From NCBI GenBank assembly GCA_010909165.1, contig VJWM01000025.1, positions 1,612,001-1,676,000 on the forward strand: DNA of 64,000 nucleotides, in the 5' to 3' direction. Positions 1-13,200 of the stretch are shown here, in pieces. The stretch is from Anthoceros angustus (lineage: Eukaryota > Plantae > Anthocerotophyta). A program made the translations under genes and the position numbers. The notes below the pieces were generated by a model. That model was given only the letters and a program-made list of their open reading frames with translations. It did not search any database and was not told the origin of the DNA. Position 1 is the stretch's first letter, and each line of letters begins with the position of its first letter.

Positions 1-54
1 ATGTCTGTAACATACATGAGAGCTAAACCCTGTAACTTCTACAACAAACGTATG

Positions 55-480
55 TATGTAACATACATTACAACTATCCGTTATAGTACCTTCCGACCAT
101 GCCTTGAACATGCGGGGGGGAAATGCTGGAACCCGCCCTTCCTTGTCCCTCCTGTGGCTCGGCTTCCTCCCCACGAACCTCATCCTCTTTTTCCCCCCCT
201 TCCTGAACCCCCTCCTGCTCCTCCTCCTTCACCTCCTCCCCCTCTTCTCTATAAGATACATCACAGCTACTCGTCGTAAGTTCCACAACAAACACATTGC
301 TGTAAGATGCATTACTGTCCGATGTAAAATCGCAACAAACACCTGCTGTAACGTACATTACAGCTACACGATAATCGAGAGCACATGCACGGAAAAAACA
401 TACGATTACCTTCCGACCATGGCACATGGGGAAAATCTTGGAACCGCCCATCCTTGTACATCTTTGGCTCTCTTCCTCCC
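55..480. repeat. Degenerate direct duplication (~55-250 vs ~345-480)
   Basis: Shared blocks gtaacatacattacaacta / gtaacgtacattacagcta and taccttccgaccatg...ggaa(c)ccgccc.tccttgt recur about 300 bp apart. Confidence 0.45.
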
Positions 481-490
481 CAACCTCCTC

Positions 491-568
491 CCCTCCTCAT
501 CCTCCTCCTCCTCCTCCTCCTCCTCCTCCCTCCTCCTCCTCCTCCTCCTCCTCCTCCTCCTCCTCCTC
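491..568. repeat. (CCT)n microsatellite
   Basis: Near-pure cct run; explains the poly-Pro/Leu/Ser/Glu ORFs here. Confidence 0.95.
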
Positions 569-791
569 AGATGATGAGAAATCCGTTATTTCGTCCTCAT
601 CACTGCTCGTTGCGACGTTGGATTGTTCATGGTCGGTGGCCATGTCCTCATGTGCTCTCCGAGCTGCCCTTTCTTCCATTAACTTCACTTGCGCATCCAC
701 TTGTATGTCCTCGTCTTCTATGCACTGCACCACCACGGCATTGGAACATGGAAAGGACATGAAAATGATGAACTGACAGGTGTAGAAATAC

Positions 792-1750
792 TTACCAGGA
801 ACCTGTAGGATGGGAACTCTTCAGATACTGGAAAAAGTGTTGCTCCCATAACCTCATGCGCTGCCTCATATCTTTCAGAAGTGTTCCATGAGGGAAAGAA
901 TAGCCAAACACTCTGAACTCTTCAAAATAAGAACTTGAACCTGCAACATGGTTGGCCCAGTGAATGAAACCACTGCACAAAAGTGCAGCACTAGAGATGT
1001 CTTCTTGGATGGTAATCCTTGTAATCGTTGATGGCGTTCCCCACCCTTCCCCTGTCCACCCAATCACGGGTGCATCACCGTCTCCCGATCCATGCCTCCG
1101 GTCTGGATGCATTATCTTGTTGCAATGCATGGCAAGGTGGAAAAGCCCATCGATACTGTACCAGCCATTTACCTCGTCTAGCAAGGCAGGCTCTACAAAC
1201 CTCTCAAAAAAAGCGACCACATGTGCCGCTGTCACTCCAACTGGAAATGCTGCTTTCCCCGCCCAAGCACGTTCAGCACTCCTCACATCTTCCTTGGACT
1301 CCTGTTTCACATGGTCCGCTTCCCTCATAAATCTCACTAATTGTCTGGCCCGCCATCTTCTTGTGTACGCAGCCCCCTTCCGCCTTTTCTCCGCCGCTGC
1401 CGCAGCCGATCTCACAGGATTCGTGGGAATCCTCGCTATGTACATTCTGAACAATACATAATGTGATGTCAGTTACTGTAATACACAATAAGGCACGCGT
1501 TCACAGATACTTACTTGTGGTATTGGGCCATGTGTCGATTGAGGTCCTGGCGCCTTTTGCCTTCCCTCTTCCGGTCGCTCTGGTTACAATTCGGTAACAG
1601 GCACTTCTAGAAAGTGCCTCTCTCATTCCTGGAGTAATCAGTCTCTGGCTTTGCAACCTTGTATCCCCGTGGGACATTCTTGAGGTCTGCAAAAGATAGC
1701 TTGAACCTCTCGACCACGCGCCGGTTGCGCAAGTCGAGAGCATCCTGCAT
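792..1750 (-). pseudogene. Spliced gene for a C2H2-like zinc finger plus basic-region protein (~296 aa), one in-frame stop
   Basis: Exon 1 1750-1515 (MQDALDLRN...KCLLPNCNQSDRKREGKRRQDLNRHMAQYH). 68-nt GTAAGT...ACTGAC...TTCAG intron 1514-1447. Exon 2 1446-792 joins in frame with the 220-aa ORF. TAG at 1609-1607. Confidence 0.6.
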
Positions 1751-1866
1751 ATCTTGCCTTGGCGAGCAAACATAGATCAAAGCGCGTTACTTGTTTACTT
1801 GTTTTCTCTAAGCTATATTACAAACCCAAGTAGTATATTACCTTGATTTCCCTTCCGGGCGACCAT

Positions 1867-2048
1867 GGCGGCGGCAACCACCGAGCCGCCTTGAAGGGTG
1901 AGCAGCCTTCACGTGTAAGGCACTCTGCGGAAACACAGCGGCGGCGGCAACCACCGAGCCGCCTTCAAGGGTGAGCGGCCTTCACGTGTAAGGCACTCTG
2001 CGAAAACGTGGCGGCGGCAACCAGAGCCGCCTTGAAGTGTGAGCAGCC
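1867..2048 (+). repeat. ~72-bp tandem array, left part (continues at 9644-9745 after the copia insertion)
   Basis: Unit ggcggcggcaaccaccgagccgccttgaag.gtgagcagccttcacgtgtaaggcactctgcg, about 2.5 copies here; third unit split by the copia element. Confidence 0.85.
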
Positions 2049-2302
2049 TGATGAGAATAGATGCTGATTTATTAGGGCTTAGTAATATCTGCATTTATAG
2101 TGAGTGTGTGTGTACATAGTTATTATTATTCTACATACCCCTTCGTTTGGGTTCGCCTTTAGTGAAAGGTCATGTCTGTTCATAATAACTTAAGTGCTGT
2201 TAGCGTTTCTTGATACATGCTCTTATTGTAATATTCTTTGATTAATAATGTAATTGTTTAATATAGCAATTGGTCTACACCAATCCAATCCAATATTTGT
2301 CA
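2049..2302 (+). repeat. 5' LTR of copia 1
   Basis: 254 bp; roughly ten substitutions/indels by eye versus the 3' LTR. Confidence 0.95.
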
Positions 2303-2688
2303 TGGTATCAGAGCCCATGCTTAGGTGTAGATTGCATTCATAAGAATGCACATTAAATTCTGCACGTTTTGATGTGCAATACAATGTATTTAGTTGCTGT
2401 GTTTTGTTGTTGTTTTCTTTTAAAGAAAATGTTTTAAAACACATCAAGAAATGGTTTATATTTTTCTATTAATTTTATCCTTGAAAATTTGCATTTCTAG
2501 GAGTTTGTTCTAGTGCATCTATTGACAGATTGCACCTTTGCATTCTGACAGTAGGCACGCTAGAACAAGTGCCAGAATTGGCAAATATTTCATTATAGAA
2601 TCATATACAAAATTATAAAATGTTTCTTGATAAATAACAAAATACAACAATTGGCCAAATGAATGGCCAATTTGGTGGACGGGCAGCG

Positions 2689-3369
2689 ATGGCGGCCACG
2701 CCCTGCTGAACGGATTCGACAAGGGATGTCTACATAAGACAATTGGCACAAGAGGACAGGCTAACATTTGCTGAATCGCTTTACCAGCAAACCCTGGAGT
2801 GGATTCTTCAAACACAAGATCAGCCTGAGCGTACTCTTGTTGTGAGGGAGTCATTCAATAATCTGCTTGATGCTATCTTCCCTCAACAGCGTCATCTGTC
2901 GCTTGCTCAACCACCTAGGAATCCTACTAATCTTCCATTTGTTGGAAATGATAACCCTAGAGGTTTTCTGACCACACACATATCACCACATATAAGTGTG
3001 TCACAATTAAATGCTAGGATAGAATCACATCAACAGCATGTTGATGAGCGCTTTCAGAGCATTTATCACAAACTTGCTGCAGTCAGTGTTGACTTGCAAG
3101 AATTGAAGGAACAAATAGGACATTTGGATTTTAAGTTGCTAACCTTATTGAAACCCGCTTTGCTTGCAAATCCTGCTCTTAGAGGCATTGCATGCAAGCG
3201 TGCAAATAAGAAATACAACTTACATACCTTTGATGCCCCAAATTCTTGTCCTTCTTGCTCTACCTATGCATTTAATAGATGGGAGATTAGAAATCAGAGG
3301 ATAGCACATCTAGTTGCAAACCAATCTGCCATCTTACCTGTGGTAGATCGCTTTGCAAATCCTTTGTAG
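2689..3369 (+). CDS. Extra ORF (ORF0) upstream of gag in copia 1; helical/coiled-coil, Cys/His-rich C-terminus
   Basis: 208-codon open frame 2743-3369, in frame with ATG 2689 apart from one TGA at 2707. Heptad-like LAAVSVDLQELKEQIGHLDFKLLTLL; C-terminal C..H..CPSC. Confidence 0.6.
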
Positions 3370-3525
3370 ATAGGGCTGCTCCTACAGCCTATCTGAGATG
3401 CAACAGTAGCATCTCATTGTTCCCCTGCTTTCTCTATCATCGATTGTGTACCTTGTCAGGATAGGCCACAGATCTACACATAGCCAACATCCTAACAGTT
3501 AGGATAGGATTTCTAGAATCCCAAA

Positions 3526-6500
3526 ATGGCTGACACCACTAATCTGAGTGGTGATGGGTTTAAAGAGAAAGACCGGTTTGGGGGAATAGACTATGACATT
3601 TGGGTCATGCGTATGCGTGGAGCCCTACAAAATAAAAGACTTTGGAAGATAGCCACAGGAGAAGACATTCTCCCTGGCCCTTCTTCCCCTGAAGCTACTC
3701 CTTCTTCTGAAAAGAAACCAAGAGGCTTGGTATATTAAGGATGAATCTGCAATGTACTTAATAAGAAGTGGACTAAGCTCTGACATGCTAAGACAGACTT
3801 CTGGATGCAAAACATCTGCTGAGATTTGGTCCAGACTACAAGATCTGTATGCAGGTGTAAATACCACAAGTCAGATGACTGCCCTTCGAAATATTCAAAA
3901 TTGCAGAATGAGAGAGGGGATACTGTTGAAAAACATATTGGGCACTTTAGGACACTTGTTTCTAAATTAGAAAGTGCTTCTCAGGAAATTCTCACTGATG
4001 AGATACTTACCTTGTATTTCATGATGTCTCTTCCTGACTCCTGGTCACATTTTGTGACCTCATACAATGCCTCTCAGCTTCAGGCTGCTAAGATCGCTAA
4101 GGCTGCAAATGTCACTATACCACAGACAACATTTTCAGAGTTAGTGGGAGCTCTTCTTCAAGAAGAAGCAACAAGAGGACAAAATAAGCATGCTGGCAAG
4201 CAGCAGGCTCTTTACACCACAAACAAAAACAAAGGCGCAAGGCCTAACTTTAAAGGTAAACAAAATACCTTTCAAGGTGCTGGCAGCTCACGGCGAGCTC
4301 CTGCACATAATAAACCCAAAAGGACTGGAAAATGCCACTGGTGCCAAATTCCAGGACATTGGGAGAATGAGTGTCGGAAGAAGCAGGCCGGAGTACCTCG
4401 CAAGGAGGGCAACTCCACTTCTGAGACACATGTTGTGGTGAAAAAGCAAGCCTCACCTTCAGCCCTGACAGTAGGGGTTAGGAAGTTTGCTATTCCTCTT
4501 GTTAACCCCACTGTTTGTCTGCAAATATACAAGGTCGACCAGTTAATGAATGGTACCTTGATACTGGTGCAACAGCGCACATATGCTTTGACAGAAATGC
4601 TTTTGTCACATACAAACTGGTAGACAATCAATTCGTTTACCTTGGTGATGATAGATCACTTGTGTCTCCAGGAAAAGGCACAGTGAGAATTCCAGTTCCC
4701 TCTGGAGTTACACTCTTATTGAGAGATGTATATTATGTCCCTGAAATGACTAGGAATCTCATCTCTGTTAGGAAACTAAACTTGGATAACAATACTCACA
4801 TCCTATTTACCCCTACAGAGTGTAGGATCATTGATGCCTTTGATCATCGCAAGATTCTAGCTTCTGGGTCATCTGAACATGACCTGTTCCGTTTGCACAC
4901 ATCTGATCCACAGCCACAACACACTTAGCTTCAAACTCTTCAGAAGCAACTAACAAGCTAGAAGAAAAGGCTAAGTTATGGCATGCTCGCCTAGGTCACC
5001 CTCATAGTGCTAAGCTACAGAAACTTGCCAACAGTGACTTATATGGTGATGGAAAAATTGGCAGCTTGCCACCTTTACCTCTATGTGAAGCTGTGTGTTG
5101 TCAAAACGTCATCAAGCAGCTTTCAAGAACAAATCTCCTCACAGAGCTTCAAATGTTCTTGAGCTTGTCCCACTGACATATGTGGGCCATTGTCCCAGCC
5201 TTCCATTGGTGGTGGCAGATATTTTCTCACCTTCACGATGACAAAACCAGGTTTGTCATGGCCTACATCCTGCAGGCCAAAAGTGAGTGTTTTTCTCTGT
5301 TTAAAGACTATATGAAATATACAGAGAGATGGACTGGCAAACAGTTGAAAACCCTCCGCTCTGACAATGGTGGAGAATTCACATCCATGAATTTCAGACC
5401 TATTGTGCAAATGAGGGAATAGGAAGACAACTTACAGTTGTTTATACACCACAACAGAATGGTGTTGCTGAGCGCTTGAATCAGACTTTGCAGGAAATGG
5501 TTTCCTCTATGTTACATCAAGCCTCTCTGCCACTCCCCTATTGGGCTGAGGCCCTTATGACAGCTATGTACTTGCGTAACAGGCTGCCTACCACTGCTGT
5601 TGTGGGACAAACCCCCTATGAAGCTTTCTTTGGCAGAAAACCAGCTATCTTGCATCTTCGCACCTTTGGTTGCCTCGCTTATGCTTTTGTTCCTAAAGCC
5701 AAGCGCCCCAAGTTAGCTGCTAAGGCCAAGAAATACCTCATGATAGGTTATACTGAAGGTATTAAGGCATATAAATTATATGATGTACCTTAGAATCAGG
5801 TGGCTTATGCCCGCAGCGTGACTTTTGATGAAACTCGCTATTGGCAGCCAGTGGGAGCCCTTCCCACCTCACAAGAGGGTTTTGATGTGTCTGCTCTTTC
5901 TGACATCACCGTTTTTCCTGACCTTCCACATGAGGAGTTTGCTCCTGGGGAAGACAATCAGCAACATGATGGACAAAGTTGCGCAGCGGATGAATGCGAT
6001 TTTGATGATCTCGTGATCCACCTCCTCATGTTGTTGATCCTGAACCCCTTGTTCCTGATGATGATGATGGCCCTGATCCTAATCCAGATCTTGACAGTGA
6101 TGATGAAGATGTATGAGCCACTGTATGCTATCCCGGAGAAAGACGGGCACAGTTATTATCGATCTCAAGATTTTAGGAGACCTTCTGCACATGCTATTGC
6201 TCTTGATCCTATAGAGCCTCAATCTTATGAAGAAGCTTTGAGTAGCCCTGATGCTGCAGAATGGAAAAGGCCATTCAATCTGAATATGATTCATTGATCA
6301 AAAATGGAACATGGGAATTAGCTACCTCCTCATGTTGTTGATCCTGAACCCCTTGTTCCTGATGATGATGATGGCCCTGATCCTAATCCAGATCTTGACA
6401 GTGATGATGAAGATGTAACAGTACCTGTGCGCCGTTATCCTGCCAGAGAAAGACGGGCACCAGATTATTATCAGTCTCAAGATTTTAGGAGACCTTCTGC

Positions 6501-8099
6501 ACATGCTATTGCTCTTGATCCTATAGAGCCTCAATCTTATGAAGAAGCTTTGAGTAGCCCTGATGCTGCAGAATGGAAAAAGGCCATTCAATCTGAATAT
6601 GATTCATTGATCAAAAATGGAACATGGGAATTAGCTAAGTTACCTCCTGGACGCAAGCCTGTATCTTGCAAATGGGTTTTTAAATTAAAGGTTAAAGCAG
6701 ATGGCACTTTTGACCGCTATAAAGCCCGGCTTGTGGCCCGAGGCTTCTCTCAAGTGCCAGGTCTGGATTACCTAGAAACATATGCTCCTGTTGTGAAGCT
6801 GGCCACTTTTCGCACTATCTGTGCACTTGCAGCACACAATGATTATGAGTTAGATATGTTTGATGTAAAGACAGCTTTCTTACATGGAAAACTGGACACT
6901 GAAATTTATATGCAACAGCCACTAGGATATGAGGTAAAAGGAAAAGAAGACCATGTCTTACGTTTGATTAAAACCCTGTATGGGTTGAAACAATCTGCCC
7001 TTGAGTGGAATGCTGTTCTTGATGAAGAACTGCGAGCCTTGGGCTTTGTTAGATGTGTTTCAGATGGAAGCTTATATGTTTACAAGTCTAAAGATGTAGT
7101 ATGTTACCTGGCTGTATATGTGGATGATCTTATATTGGCCTGTAACAGTCCTACCTTCATCAAAGACATAAACAAGGTGTTATCAACCAAGTTTGAGATG
7201 ACACACCTAGGTGCTTTACAAAGTTGCCTTGGTATATTGATTCGGTGATGCGTAAAAGGACTATTTCTTTAACACGCCCGTTACTGTTAAATAGTCTTGA
7301 ACAACTTGGTTTGAAGGATGCCAAACCATCAGCTACTCCTTTACCTTGTGGACTGAAAATGAGCAAATCAATGTGTCGACACACAAATGTAAAAGGATCA
7401 ATGAGATCGGTACCCTCTGACATGAGGGAAAACTTATCTATGCTGCAAATACTACAAGACCTGAAGTAGCTTATGCTACAAGTGTGCTTTCACAGTATCT
7501 GGAAAATCCAGGTCAAACACATTGGACAGGTGTTAAAAGAGTTTTCAGATACCTAAAAGGGACTTATGACATTGGCATAAGGTATAGACATATACCTAGA
7601 GTACCTTTACAGCTGGATGTCTTCACAGATTCAGACTATGCTGGAGACATAGATACACGAAAGTCAGTTTCTGGCTATGTAGTAATGATAGCAGGAGGAC
7701 CAATCTGGTCCGACGAAGCGACCCTCGTGGCTTTATCTAGCATGTACAGGCGTATCGTGTACTACGGTCAAGAAGGAAATAGCTTGGTGTAAATTGATGT
7801 TCAAGGAGCTTGGATTACCACTTCCAACCTGCACCACAATTAACACAGACAATCAAGGATCAATGAGTCTTGCTCACAATCCAGTGTTTCACTCCAGAAC
7901 CAAACACGTGGAAGTTGAATATCACTTCATACGTGACTTGATCAAATCTGGACAGATTGATCTAGAATATGTGCCAACATCTGAAAACCCAGCAGACATT
8001 TTAACTAAGTCCCTAGGAAGGGAACTTCACGAAAAACACATGAGAGTTCTTGGCATGGGGAGCCATGAAGGCATCCCCACTGCCACATCTAAAACCTAG
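3526..8099 (+). pseudogene. copia 1 gag-pol, frameshifted
   Basis: gag FKEKDRFGG; zinc knuckle CHWCQIPGHWENEC; protease WYLDTGATAHIC; pre-integrase WHARLGHP; integrase LRSDNGGEF; RT YKARLVARGFSQ and YVDDL; RNase H TDSDYAGD, TDNQG, ENPADILTK. Confidence 0.95.
6021..6637 (+). repeat. Internal ~305-313 bp tandem duplication in copia 1 pol
   Basis: 6021-6324 repeats as 6325-6637 (cctcctcatgttgttgatcc...gaattagcta); first copy has extra small deletions. Confidence 0.92.
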
Positions 8100-9387
8100 C
8101 TAACCAAGCTAGGTACAACCCCAGTCATTGCTGTCGTCATTGTCTGAATTCCCAGGTGGAGTTGGGAAAGATTTCCTGCTCTCAGAACTTGTTGAGTTGG
8201 AAAATTTCTCCCAAGAATCATAGCCCACAGACTCTGAAGAAAAAGTTTCATTCTCAGTGCGGGGAGAAAATCTCTTCTTCCTCTCCTGATAGGAAATTCT
8301 CTCCTTCGTCTCCAGGCTGTTCTCCTCTTCCAGCCTATCTTCAGATCCTGTTGATAGACAGTGGGAGCATGGTTTACAAACAATTGACACAGGTCAGCAG
8401 GGGGTTAAGACCTTTTTTCAGGTCATACACAAAGACAAACATCAGACTGTTTGCATTAGCTGTTTTAAGCGCAGAAGAACGGACTCAAGCTGGTGTGAAG
8501 ACTTACTATAGATGCTGGTCATGTGATCTTGGTATTCACGGCATAGCCGCACCTCAACGCGCTTCATCACCAGTCCAGTGGATGTGCACCTATACCAGAG
8601 AGGACTTCCGGGCGTTTCCCAATTTCCAGGGGTCACGATTTTTGTCTCTGACATCACACCTGTGGGAATTGGGAACCTGGGCGGAACAGGAGGGCGTTGA
8701 TCAGTACTGGCATACTCAAACTCACCACGATTGAAGCGGCGCCTCTCCACTGTTGCCCGAGAATGGATATCTTCATGTGTCCGGCCTCTCAAACCTCCCA
8801 TGGCCGTATCTGGTGTTGTGCGGGATCGAGGTTGTGGCACGGTCGCTATTTGTTGATCAGCCCTGTTGCTTGAAGTCAAGCGGGTGTGGTGTGGAGGCGC
8901 TGTCGCCGCCGCCGCCACAGCTTCCGGTGTTGTTTCGAGGCGTCTCGCCTCAAGCACAGCTCTGGTGGTGCCTCGGGGTCTTCCTCGTGGCCGCCCTGAG
9001 CTGCTAGCTCCTCTTGCACTTGTTCTCATTGTTTACGCGGTGATGCGCTCGCGCCTTCAAAGCGGTTGCTCTAGGGCCCGCTGCTGGGCGTCTATGATCC
9101 CTTGGGTAGGGCCCGCTGCGGAGGCAGCTTTCCTCGGACCAGAGCGCCATGTTTTCTAAGGATTTGAGCCTGTGCCCTATGAGCCTAGCCGCTATATGGC
9201 ATGGGGCGTAAACGAGAGCTATTAAAAGCGACAAACGCTGCCTTCACACTGTCCTGATCCATTGGGAGCTTACGCTACACAGAGTACACACACACTTTCT
9301 AGCAAGAAGCCCAGCTGAACTTACAGTCTCCACAGGCTACTCGCGAAGGAAAAGACTGACCGACCCGTAATAATCAGCAAGTGGGAG

Positions 9388-9643
9388 TGATGAGAATAGA
9401 TGCTGATTTATTAAGGCTTAGTAATATCTGCATTTATAGTGAGTGTGTGTATACATAGTTATTATTATTCTACACACCCCTTCGTTAGGGTTACGTCCTT
9501 TAGTGAAAGGTCATGTCTGTCCATAATAACTTAAGTGCTGTTAGCGTTTCTTGACATATGCTCTTATTGTAATATTCTTTGATATATAATGTAATTGTTT
9601 AATATAGCAATTGGTCTACACCAATCCAATCCAATATTTGTCA
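9388..9643 (+). repeat. 3' LTR of copia 1
   Basis: Direct repeat of 2049-2302, followed by TSD CAGCC. Confidence 0.95.
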
Positions 9644-9745
9644 CAGCCTTCCCGTGTAAGGCACTCTGCGGCTTGTGGCGTGACCGCGAGCCTTGAAGTG
9701 TGGCCTTCACGTGTAAGGCACTCTGCGAGAAACACATGGCGGCGG
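9644..9745 (+). repeat. Right part of the ~72-bp tandem array
   Basis: cagcc|ttcccgtgtaaggcactctgcgg completes the split unit; one further unit follows. Confidence 0.8.
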
Positions 9746-10285
9746 CGGGGTGGATGCAAGCTTTGGTGTTCCATACAAGTGTGCAGCGGATGCAACACGG
9801 TTTTTGTCCACATGTGGACATGTTATTGAAGGAAAAATTTTAAATATTGTAATTTTGATCCGAATGGCTTGAAACTTTTCAGGCTAAGAGTCACCCAAAT
9901 GTCAGTGGTACACAAAAATTCCAGCGCAAAATAAGTAGGATTAGGCTTTGAACTATATTCACGGGTATTCCCTTTGAAGGTAGCATACGGACCACTAGAT
10001 ATATGCGGTGAGTCCACATCAAAAACGGGGAGAGAATATCGTATCAAAATTTGAATGTGCGTGTAGATGTTCTCTCTCTTAATGGAAGAGGGAGTCTAGT
10101 TTTGTCAAAGAGTTTACGGTGGGGAACTCACTTGACATTTAAAATTCAAACCCTCCATACCCTCTTCGCCAAGGGAGATGATGGGGCGTGGCCGTCTCTC
10201 CGCTCTGATCCTGGAAGGCTGCAGTTGGCTCACAGCACACTTGTCACAGATCCTAAGTGGTTTGCTTGGCAAACAACCTGAAGAG

Positions 10286-13200
10286 ATGGCTCCAACGCGC
10301 AACAACGAAGCTGATGCCGACCGTCGTGCCAAGCACGCTGCTTGGAAGCGTCGTTGGAGATGGCAGAGGGAGCTAAACATGCGGCAGGGTGTGGCGATTG
10401 CCACTCCAAGTGCTCCTCACCCACCGGCTAATAGTGTGACAGTTGTCACTCACAGTGGTGGGGGCAATGATCAACAAACACCAGCTCAACCAAGTGAACG
10501 GGACAATGATCAACAATGCGCGGAAGAATTGTTGCCATCTCACACCGTTTGCGTAGAGATTGTGCATCCAGGGTCTCAAGAAAATCAGGCTGTAGGGACA
10601 CATGAAGTTCGGGTGGCACCTGCAAGCGGAGCTGCCGCATCATCACGCTTGTCACCGAAAGGTCAAGGCGGTGTCGAGCGGCGAAGGAGTTGCTCGACAC
10701 CTCCGGTTTAAGGGGAGCCCTCCGAAGGCTGCAGCGGTTGCTCGGGAGTTAGGGTCCTTCTTTTGCGGAGGACTCGTCACTGTAGTGGGCGTGGGAGGAG
10801 GAGGATTTTGGAGGCGTTCTCTACACTTCGCATTCTGAAGAGATTTCGCAGTGCTAAGGGGGAGGAAAGCCGGACTCGAAAAGCCACAAATCAAGCTCTG
10901 GAGAACATCAGGTCTGCTATGAGGAGTCTACAAAGTGTGCAAGTTGCGGACAAGTTGAGAGCTCGGCAAACTTTCATGAACATTGTTTTGTCCAAGGATG
11001 TCATGCAAGAAGCGAGCGGCCGCCATGGGGCGTGTTCGGGGTCAATAGGCGAGTTGTGGCGCGGCATGTGCAAACCCTTTGCCAATTGGACATCGCAGAA
11101 CAGGGCCACCAATGGTGCGGTGCAGGGCGGAAGGTTAGATCAGATTCCTTGAGCACAACTGTGAGGGATTTAATTGTCCAGTTTTGGGAGAACTCCTCAC
11201 GCCCTTCCTCGAGCTCGAAGGATGCCAGGCGGCATCGGGTGGCCCCGTTTGTGTATCGTACGCATATCACGCACTTCCTCGATACCTCACAGGTGAGCGC
11301 AAGTTGGGGTTTCCTTCGTTGTTTACCACATCATGGGTTCATTGTGGGTGTGTGGCGCTTGTGGCTGGTTGGTCTGTGGAAGATGGTCCTAGCGCTAGTG
11401 GAGTCCTATCCAACATTGTGGCTGCAGCGCTTTCACTCACGTCACTCGGGTGCGCTAACACATCTCACACTAGTTGCGTGTCTCACACCGCGCATGCCGA
11501 TGCCACTGTGCTATTCAAGATGTCACCGGCACTTTGCGAGATTACACTTTTAGGACAGCTTCATCACTTGATGGGGTTCATTGTCACAATTTGAAGTTGC
11601 CGGCACCACTTCGCCCTGACCATGCCGCAGTTGAAGTGTCTGGTTGCACTTGCAGTTGTTCTACGTTCAGATGTAGTCTCTTACACTTGTGGTCCCTTGT
11701 TGTTTGTGATGCAGACGGAGTTCTTCCTCCGATTCCGAAGTCAGTATCCTGAGATCAAGATAGGCCAGCGTGCCTTTGAGAGGTTGAAACCCTTCTACAT
11801 CAAATCCTTGCAGGAGCGAAACGTGTGTTGCTGCAGGTATCACGTTGAAATGGCATTTCTAAAGGATGCTCTCAACCAGCTCCGCAGTGTCCAATCAAAG
11901 GTTCACTTGAGATCTACATGCTCATGTCCTTGTCCGTGTGCCAAGGGAAGGTGCTTGACTGGGCAGCGTGCCCGCAGCTCGGCGTGAACCGGGTTCACGT
12001 ATTGTGCCCTAAAGCACATGACGATGAATTCCATAAGCGGAAGTGTTTAATGGGGAATTGCAATCTTTGTGGGGTTGAAGCTAGGGCTTTGTCCGAAGGA
12101 GGTCACAACAAACTTGTTGCCGCTACATTGAAGTGGCGTTGTTTTGAATACCACCACGTTGGGCGTAATGAAGACGGCACTTCCAAGTCTCGAATCAAGC
12201 TTGTACAGTGGAAACTCACCCGTCGAAATGGTAGAGTTCCTAAAAGGCAAGTTGAAACATTTCATCACCCATGATTTTGTTCGATGGCAAGCTTATGAGT
12301 TTCGCAGATGTCTAGAATGGTTTCGAGGATGTCATCGCCTCGATTGATTTCTCACAAAACTACGCCTTCCAAGTGCGACGAGATCCAAAGCATGCATTGG
12401 CAGTGATCGAGTTACAATTCTTGTGCATGTTTCAGATATGAGAACTGGTCCAATTGTGGAGGAGGACCCGTTTTGCAACGTTGAAAAGTTCTACCATTTT
12501 ACATCGATGACATGCAACATGACACCCTTTTGTCCAAAGATTGTCTCATGCTACATCGGGAGTGGTTGCTGGGCAGCGGTATAGGAGACCACGGAGCATT
12601 GGATGTGGAGTGATGGGGCTGCTTCAGCTCAAGGCCTGCCTAGTTACTTGTAGCCGATACCTAGCCTAAGGCGGATGCAATATGCTTTGGAGTTACTTGG
12701 TCGACACGGAAGGGAGAACATGACGGGTGCCATCTTGAAGCGGGCGTTGAGAGTCAAGAATTGTCTCCTTCCTCGGTGAGATTGCAAGGGGCTGGCGTGG
12801 TGGTTTCACGTAGCTCAATCTCTAATGCAAAGATCCTCATACACCAATGGTGAAAGGCAAGCGGTTATTGCCTGATTGGGAAGACGGATGTCAATAGGAG
12901 ACAAAAGTGGGGTGTGCCTCGATCCCGTGTTCCAAGAGCATGCACTCCATTTATGGGTATTCTCAAGATGCTTTGAATCCACGGGTGAAAATGAGACACT
13001 TGGCTTGCTTTTGTGGGGCTTGCATGGCGGTGACCATGCAAAGATGTGAAACAAAGGCTCATCAGGAATCGCGCCATATATCGTTAAAGCCCGCCGACGC
13101 CGAGCAGAGAATAGCAACTCGACAACGATGTGGAACATCGTTGGTTGATGACCACGTTGAGACAGCCACACCGATCCAGTGCAAGGGCGATGAGGAAGCC

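Larger units (their letters stand above)
2049..9643 (+). mobile_element. Ty1/copia LTR retrotransposon 1, full length, degenerate
   Basis: TG...CA LTRs 2049-2302 and 9388-9643. PBS tggtatcagagcc 2303-2315 (tRNA-iMet). PPT aagtgggag 9379-9387. TSD CAGCC on both sides. Domain order gag-PR-IN-RT-RH. Confidence 0.97.

Noticed and set aside
74-762. Overlapping ORFs of 87-156 aa
   Set aside because: Mostly produced by the CCT microsatellite and pyrimidine-rich tracts; the acidic frame 497-760 could not be joined to the zinc-finger gene through a strong splice pair
9830-10140. TIR or CACTA left end for the transposase element (cactag at ~9994)
   Set aside because: No matching inverted terminus or TSD was found downstream
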